Origin: Salisapilia sapeloensis CBS 127946
Taxonomy: Eukaryota > Protista > Oomycota
Assembly (NCBI GenBank): GCA_023334545.1
Contig: JAADVB010000035.1
Coordinates: 42,086 to 106,085 of the forward strand
Length of the DNA stretch: 64,000 nt
Reading direction: 5' to 3'
This document shows positions 58,486-64,000 of this stretch, piece after piece. Every line of letters starts with the position of its first letter. The first letter of the stretch is position 1. Both the position numbers and the translations under genes were made by a program. Below the pieces are notes generated by a model. It did no database searches. It was not told where the DNA came from and was given only the letters and a program-made list of their open reading frames with translations.

Positions 58486-58839
58486 CTATGAAATGACGCA
58501 TTTCGGTTCTGGCGTACAGCCAGGTACGTCGGTGTCGACGGCTGCCGCTTCACTTGGCGAAGATAATTGTTCGGTACCATCGTCTCCTTTGTGGACCAAG
58601 TAAATACAGATCTCATAAGTACTCGTTGGGTTTAAGTCGTCTAAAACCACTTCTTTATCATCAGGCTTCGCATCAATCGTCTGCTTGGAGGAATCGTTGC
58701 CAGGACCAGTTCCTTTATATTCGTAGCGATACCACATTTGACCTGCAGGCGTACCTTCCGGTACAGCAGGCACTTCGAGTGTAATCGAGAATTCCGTCCG
58801 GTCCTTGAGTTTAGCTGGAGCAGGAGTCGGGAGCGTCAT
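58486..58839 (-). CDS. Small single fibronectin type III domain protein with C-terminal CaaX box
   Basis: 117 aa with an FN3 pattern (P..L......SITL....P..., YRYEY, V.L.DLNP.STYEI.I) ending PGCTPEPKCVIS-stop. Confidence 0.8.
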   Translation of the reverse strand: MTLPTPAPAKLKDRTEFSITLEVPAVPEGTPAGQMWYRYEYKGTGPGNDSSKQTIDAKPDDKEVVLDDLNPTSTYEICIYLVHKGDDGTEQLSSPSEAAAVDTDVPGCTPEPKCVIS

Positions 58840-59000
58840 CTTCGTTCTTTTCTTTTTCTGACTTTGTGTTGATGTTTTTCCATGTTGAAGTTACCTTGAA
58901 GCACTAGGCCCAATGTGCGTAGCAAGCTGCGTTTCCATTGCTATATCTAGAGAGTGGGAAGGATACTGAGAATATCATTGCAATTGCAATTGTTTTGAGT

Positions 59001-62000
59001 TCAAATTTGGTGTCTGACTTCATTTTGGTGCAAGTTGAGATCTCCGCCGTCCCTCTCCGGCTTCATACGAATACCGAAGCGATTTTGTATCAGACCTACA
59101 GCAGTAAAGGGATTAACTGGAGTACCATCTTTTCGCGTAAATTGTTGATGTGTCGCTGAAGTAATAACTTTATCATTCGTTTCGTCTCGTACTAGTGTTT
59201 CCTTTGGCAAAGGAGACAAGTTTGCTGCCAGGTTTTGCTTGATACGGGGCGGTAACTGTTTTGCTTCCGTGCCTGTAAGTGCAATTTCTTTGCACTCTAA
59301 GACAGGTACTGCCAATACTTCTGGAGATTGCTCTTCGGGTGGCTCCCACTTGTTATACGACACAATGTACGTCTCATCTAGCGCCAGTGCTCCTTTGCTA
59401 GGCAGCAAAGATCCGCTGAAAGTGGTCGCTTTCATGTAATGCGTCAGCAAGACTGGTACACCCAATGCTGATCCATCAGCTCTTTTTGTGAACTCCGGTT
59501 TGGATTGCTTTTCAGAAGCTGTTGTTTGGTCATCGATTTGTTGTTGATGGGAGCATTCAGATAGCATCGTGATTGTACTCACGATATTAATTTCGGCATG
59601 TTGTTGCAATCGCTCCTCCAAGGGAATGCTGCACAAGTTAGACAGAATTTCAAAGCAAGTTACCCAAACGTCATATGATCCGTAAGCCTTTGTTTCAGCT
59701 AGTTGGATTATGAATGGAAGGATACCGTCTTGCAAAAGCTGCTCAAGATAAGTTTGTCTACGAGACAATAGTGCGATAACCGATAGCAAGTTTATGCAGG
59801 TGTATTCTGTCAAGTCATTTGCCTGAAATAGATAAACGATTGCTTTTGATATGCCTTCCGATATCAGCAATTGCTGGTTACGCGGTGGAGTCGAGACTTT
59901 TCGGAGTACCGCTGATAAAAGCGGATAATGCCTCGTAGAGCATTGTTCTTGGTAAATGAAGTGGAAGATCATTTCACCCAGACCGTCTTCAATCGCACGT
60001 GTCGTATTTACTTTTCGTATGGATATGTTGCAAACAGCAATGAAGCATGTTTCAAGCAAATCTTTCCGATGAAAGTAGATGTCATGGAGTATGCGAACGC
60101 CACCCAAATTGACCACTTGTTTGGACAGGTCACTATCGGGCTCGATATCGCATGTTATATTGTGCAAGATAAGAGCACACATTTCAATCACCCTCTTCAT
60201 AACTGTCGGGTCGGCTCTACTTCGATCTGCATTGTCCTGGTTGTTTTGCATAGTGCATTGGCTTCGGATAAATGATAGCATATCTTCACAACCAATTAGA
60301 TGAAGAAGGTGTTGGCGACAGGATAAATTGTAAAGTATTCCGAGGCAGAGCTCTATAATTTCCATGCTACCTTCATGGCGATGAGTAACCTGTGCTAGTA
60401 TTCGCAAGACGATCTTTCCCTCTTCAACGGTTGTCTCCGTTCGCTCAGAGCTCGTAAAATTCACGACTGTAAGAAGGCAACTATACACAAGATTGGAGTG
60501 GTGCATCGTTGTGATTTCCTCCATCCAAGCAAAGACACTTGGATGCCATTTGTCGTGCACGACCAATGTATCGTTTGCACTTGTCAATCGAAGGAGAATC
60601 ATAGCAATCAGTTGTCGCTGATCCTTTGGACAAACTTCACTTTGAAAGATGGCATTCAAATGGAGCTGAACATCTTCTCTTTCAAGTGCCATGCACAAAC
60701 GATTGCTTGTGATTAAGTTGGCGATGGCCTTAACACACACAGCAATTGTTACAGGGTCTCCTTTTTGTAAGAGGTATATGAGCGCTCGAGGTGCACCAGC
60801 ATCAATGAATCGGGACAGCATAGTTGGATTAGCCGCCAGATTACAGAGTGAGACTGCACAAGCGTACTGAGTGTCTGTCAAATCCAGCGTTACCATGGAT
60901 GATAGGGCCCAAATAACACCGTGTTCCACCAGTGACCGAGTACAGTGCTTAACAAGCAAACAGTTTGCTAGTGTATGTATTGACAAAGCCTTCACTGTCG
61001 CCATGTCAGTTGCAACAAGTGATAGGATTAAGATGGCTTCAACTGCACCATGCTCAATAAGTTTGTTTTCCAATCCGTCATAGGCAGAGATTCTGCAGAA
61101 TGCCAGCATTATAAGTTGCTTTATCTTTTGATTTGTCTTTGTCGACTGAGTAGTTGTACGAGCAAGAGATATCATGTCCTCAAGACCACATTCGCCGATG
61201 AGTTTTTCTGACCCATTTAATGTCGCTGTCAAGCAATAGTAGATATATGCGCAATTGGTAAGTATTTCTTCATCATTGCTACATCTTCTGAGCTTCTTGA
61301 GGAATTTAATAATTAAAACTCCGTTTTGTGAGATGATATTGATATTTGCTTTTGTATTTGCAAGTAGCGCTAATAATGCAATCGCGCTACGTTCAGCGGC
61401 CTTCATGCCATTTGGAGAGACAGAAGTTACAAAAGCTGTTGGCTGCGAGTCCGCTTTATATGCACATAGAGCTAAGATGAGTCCCTCTACGCTCTGATTA
61501 CCATGGGGAAAGTAGTCGGAGCTTTCGCTTGCAAGAAGGAAGAGCGCACTCAATGCACATACACGTGCCTTGACGTAATTGAGAGCTAATGAAGTTAAAA
61601 CAGGAAAGAAACCACGATGGAGCATCCTTGCTGTGTGATCTCTTTCCGTTGCAAGTCGGTACATAATGGCAGCAATAAACTCTGCTTCATCAGATGTCAT
61701 CGGTTTTGTAAAGAAGTCAAGCAGAAAGTCGATGAAACTGTCCAAGTCCATCAAAAGCGAACGACACTCATCACAACACGCAATGTTGTAGAATGCTCCC
61801 AATGCAAACATGCGGTTGTTTTGATTGTCCGATTCTGCGAGCGCAAGTAAATTCTCGGTAATTTCATCGGCAAATGCCTCTACTTCATCTGTCGAGCCGA
61901 TTAGTATAAAATTAAGCGCGGATAACGCATTTAACCGCACTTCCATCACATCTATCTTCACCATGGCAAGCAAGATACTAACAGTAGCTTCCTCTACCAA

Positions 62001-63563
62001 TTCGTGATGAGTAAGGATACTGTCGGCCAAATTTCTCAAAAGGTATGACAGAGCATAGACAACATGATCGGGAGGCAAAGCTTTATCATCTACACCGCTT
62101 AAATTGCCACCGACATCATCACCGTCATCTCTGTCATAGTTCTTTATCCGCCGTTGAAAAGTCTCTAGTATTGCAGAGGTCGGCATCCAGCTACATATTC
62201 GTATGCGATTTCCTTCGTCATACGATAGAAGGAGTAACAAGACGAGAGTCAGTTCTTGAACTGTATCGTCTGGAGATGCTAATCCCGCTCGAAGAGAGTG
62301 GCAAAAAGCCTTGTTCATAATTTGAGAACGATTACCATGGACATCACAAAGGGCTATGAGAGCTCGAAGTGCCCAGATTTGTGTCTCTGATTCCATGGTA
62401 CTTAAGTGGTTTACTAAATATCTCGGAATGTTTTCGGATACAAGTGATGTGTGGAAGAGTGGCTGGAGAGAAAAGTTATAAGATGCTTTGACGATGTACG
62501 AATATGCACTGGGGCAGTTAAGTTTTGTACAGGCGACTAATAATTGAGTTAGGAGCTCAACAAAGTTCTTTAGTTGCATCCCAGCACAGGATACATTAAA
62601 TAACGTAAGAGCACAGATACGGCATGTCTCCTGTTGAACCGACATCGATAATCTTTCCAATGCTTTGTCCAAGCCTTCGAAAAGAGCGATTTCTATGAGA
62701 TAAGTTTCTTCGCTTAGATGACACAACGTTGCTGCTAAATCTTGGCGTGCTTTACTTGTACTCGTTCGTGCCAGTAGTTTTATCGTTGCAATGACACCAC
62801 TACGGAGCATTAGTCTGCGCGCAGAAGTAACTGTCGACAGATAATAAAAGCAGCGGCAGCAGTGTTGCAATGTCATTCCGTCGGCGACTGTCGTTAAGCT
62901 TAAAACGCTTTGAATTATACCGTTCTGCAACAATGGCTCGATGTTTCTTTCTCGTAAATCACCTTGCAATTCCGCATGTAGCCTCGTGTTCAGTAAATCT
63001 TCCAATGTCTTTGCGCATTTTCGCTTCCTGATAATGTACGCTTTCCCATCAGACTTAGCATTTGTAGGTGAGTGTGAATGTGCTTCCAGTGTAATCACGC
63101 GAGTGGATGTTTTACGGGATGGTTCAAGTGGATCACCTCCACTCCCTTCTGATCGTTTCTGACGTCGACGCCGAGGAACAACAATTTGCTTCTCTTTTTT
63201 CACTTGCTGACTATGATCGCATCGAGAGCTGTATAACAAGCTGTCTACAGAGGAGGAGCCAAATGACTGCATTCGCTGTCTACTTTCATTTGCTAGTTTC
63301 TTCGCGAATATGCTTGCAGCTGCAGCTGTAGATGGACGAGTAGCTGTTGATGAAAAATTGGCATTTACTGGTTTTGTTCCATTCCCAACGTCGAAAGAAG
63401 AAGAGCTTGGAAGCCTGCGAAGTGTTGCTACCTTGCTAGCAGATCGAGCTCGACCAATTACGGGATTAGCACATTTGCTATTATCTACAGGATGAGGCTC
63501 CTTTGACGGCAAAGTATTCGTCATTAGAAGTGTGAGCTGTGTTAGCATCTTTATTACGGCCAT
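59001..63563 (-). CDS. Large armadillo/HEAT-repeat protein (1520 aa)
   Basis: Disordered basic N-terminus followed by many ARM-like units (ALTLFNVS, ALGAFYNIA, AVSLCNLA, LGILYNLS, ALILHNIT); orthology unknown. Confidence 0.8.
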   Translation of the reverse strand: MAVIKMLTQLTLLMTNTLPSKEPHPVDNSKCANPVIGRARSASKVATLRRLPSSSSFDVGNGTKPVNANFSSTATRPSTAAAASIFAKKLANESRQRMQSFGSSSVDSLLYSSRCDHSQQVKKEKQIVVPRRRRQKRSEGSGGDPLEPSRKTSTRVITLEAHSHSPTNAKSDGKAYIIRKRKCAKTLEDLLNTRLHAELQGDLRERNIEPLLQNGIIQSVLSLTTVADGMTLQHCCRCFYYLSTVTSARRLMLRSGVIATIKLLARTSTSKARQDLAATLCHLSEETYLIEIALFEGLDKALERLSMSVQQETCRICALTLFNVSCAGMQLKNFVELLTQLLVACTKLNCPSAYSYIVKASYNFSLQPLFHTSLVSENIPRYLVNHLSTMESETQIWALRALIALCDVHGNRSQIMNKAFCHSLRAGLASPDDTVQELTLVLLLLLSYDEGNRIRICSWMPTSAILETFQRRIKNYDRDDGDDVGGNLSGVDDKALPPDHVVYALSYLLRNLADSILTHHELVEEATVSILLAMVKIDVMEVRLNALSALNFILIGSTDEVEAFADEITENLLALAESDNQNNRMFALGAFYNIACCDECRSLLMDLDSFIDFLLDFFTKPMTSDEAEFIAAIMYRLATERDHTARMLHRGFFPVLTSLALNYVKARVCALSALFLLASESSDYFPHGNQSVEGLILALCAYKADSQPTAFVTSVSPNGMKAAERSAIALLALLANTKANINIISQNGVLIIKFLKKLRRCSNDEEILTNCAYIYYCLTATLNGSEKLIGECGLEDMISLARTTTQSTKTNQKIKQLIMLAFCRISAYDGLENKLIEHGAVEAILILSLVATDMATVKALSIHTLANCLLVKHCTRSLVEHGVIWALSSMVTLDLTDTQYACAVSLCNLAANPTMLSRFIDAGAPRALIYLLQKGDPVTIAVCVKAIANLITSNRLCMALEREDVQLHLNAIFQSEVCPKDQRQLIAMILLRLTSANDTLVVHDKWHPSVFAWMEEITTMHHSNLVYSCLLTVVNFTSSERTETTVEEGKIVLRILAQVTHRHEGSMEIIELCLGILYNLSCRQHLLHLIGCEDMLSFIRSQCTMQNNQDNADRSRADPTVMKRVIEMCALILHNITCDIEPDSDLSKQVVNLGGVRILHDIYFHRKDLLETCFIAVCNISIRKVNTTRAIEDGLGEMIFHFIYQEQCSTRHYPLLSAVLRKVSTPPRNQQLLISEGISKAIVYLFQANDLTEYTCINLLSVIALLSRRQTYLEQLLQDGILPFIIQLAETKAYGSYDVWVTCFEILSNLCSIPLEERLQQHAEINIVSTITMLSECSHQQQIDDQTTASEKQSKPEFTKRADGSALGVPVLLTHYMKATTFSGSLLPSKGALALDETYIVSYNKWEPPEEQSPEVLAVPVLECKEIALTGTEAKQLPPRIKQNLAANLSPLPKETLVRDETNDKVITSATHQQFTRKDGTPVNPFTAVGLIQNRFGIRMKPERDGGDLNLHQNEVRHQI

Positions 63564-64000
63564 TCGATTTCTATTTTTAGTTCTTATTTAGTAGCATGCT
63601 TGCGTGCAAGCATGTATCCAGACGACTTGGAAACTCTGTTGGATGATGCATTAAAAGACAAATTTTTTATAGGATTCGTCTTGAATCCTCATTGCCGGTT
63701 TGCTTACGAGCACAGCTCTTTCATATCCTAAGGACTTTCTATATGAAGCATCCTGATAGCAGTTTCCTGCATCGGTAAATGTCAGAAACGAGGTCTGACG
63801 ATATCTTCGATTTAAAGAGAAACAAATGCATCGCCAGTGTTCATGTTAAATACCGATTTGGTAAAATTAGAGATTCGCACTTTGCAACTCTATTCACGCT
63901 AATCGAATCGGGCAATTTCGCGTTCGCTGAGAATAGCCGATTTTGTTTTATCACTTACCATTGGAAACCCAACCCAACACTTCAATATAACTTTCCCGCC

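Noticed and set aside
58838-58883. 15-codon upstream ORF whose TGA overlaps the FN3 start codon (ATGA)
   Set aside because: The segment may be intronic (GTAAC donor near 58895, CAG acceptor near 58859) and the transcription start is unknown; it cannot be distinguished from chance.
63595-63614. 9-bp-arm palindrome CATGCTTGC-GT-GCAAGCATG just upstream of the ARM gene
   Set aside because: The length is within chance expectation for 64 kb; noted only for its position.
1-64000. CRISPR arrays, rRNA, telomeric repeats, intact transposase or reverse transcriptase genes, RxLR/CRN effectors
   Set aside because: None seen on either strand.

Overview
Gene-dense eukaryotic chromosome segment, most likely from an oomycete or a close stramenopile relative. 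That placement is inferred from the compact layout, short GT-AG introns (mostly about 50-60 nt), CpG-rich composition and protein content. I reconstructed about 24 protein-coding genes by hand, many of them spliced and therefore fragmented in the ORF track. In order they are: RPSA; USP48-like DUB; DHODH; two class I HDAC paralogues in inverted head-to-head arrangement; BCNT/Swc5; TMEM234; a small orphan; a WW/EF-hand/pseudokinase protein; an ankyrin plus multi-TOG protein; an ankyrin/coiled-coil protein; a disordered orphan; an epsin/ENTH protein; a cryptic Spc24; a DysF-FYVE-lipase; TFIIIC Tfc4; a MetX/Cys2-family acyltransferase; a CsgA-like SDR; dynein LIC; an EF-hand USP32-like DUB; a PPR protein; Trm1; eIF4G; a small FN3-CaaX protein; and a large ARM-repeat protein. 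I found no tRNA, rRNA, CRISPR array or intact transposon. The best lead is the HDAC pair. It shares a 127-bp bidirectional promoter, has reciprocal substitutions in the L1 loop, differs by two introns, and abuts the SWR1 subunit Swc5. Other leads are the hidden kinetochore gene, a lipid-anchored single-FN3 protein, repeated linear motifs and a MIF4G insertion in eIF4G, unusual domain fusions, and an isolated 18-bp hairpin. All homology calls come from motif recognition by eye; no database search was run.
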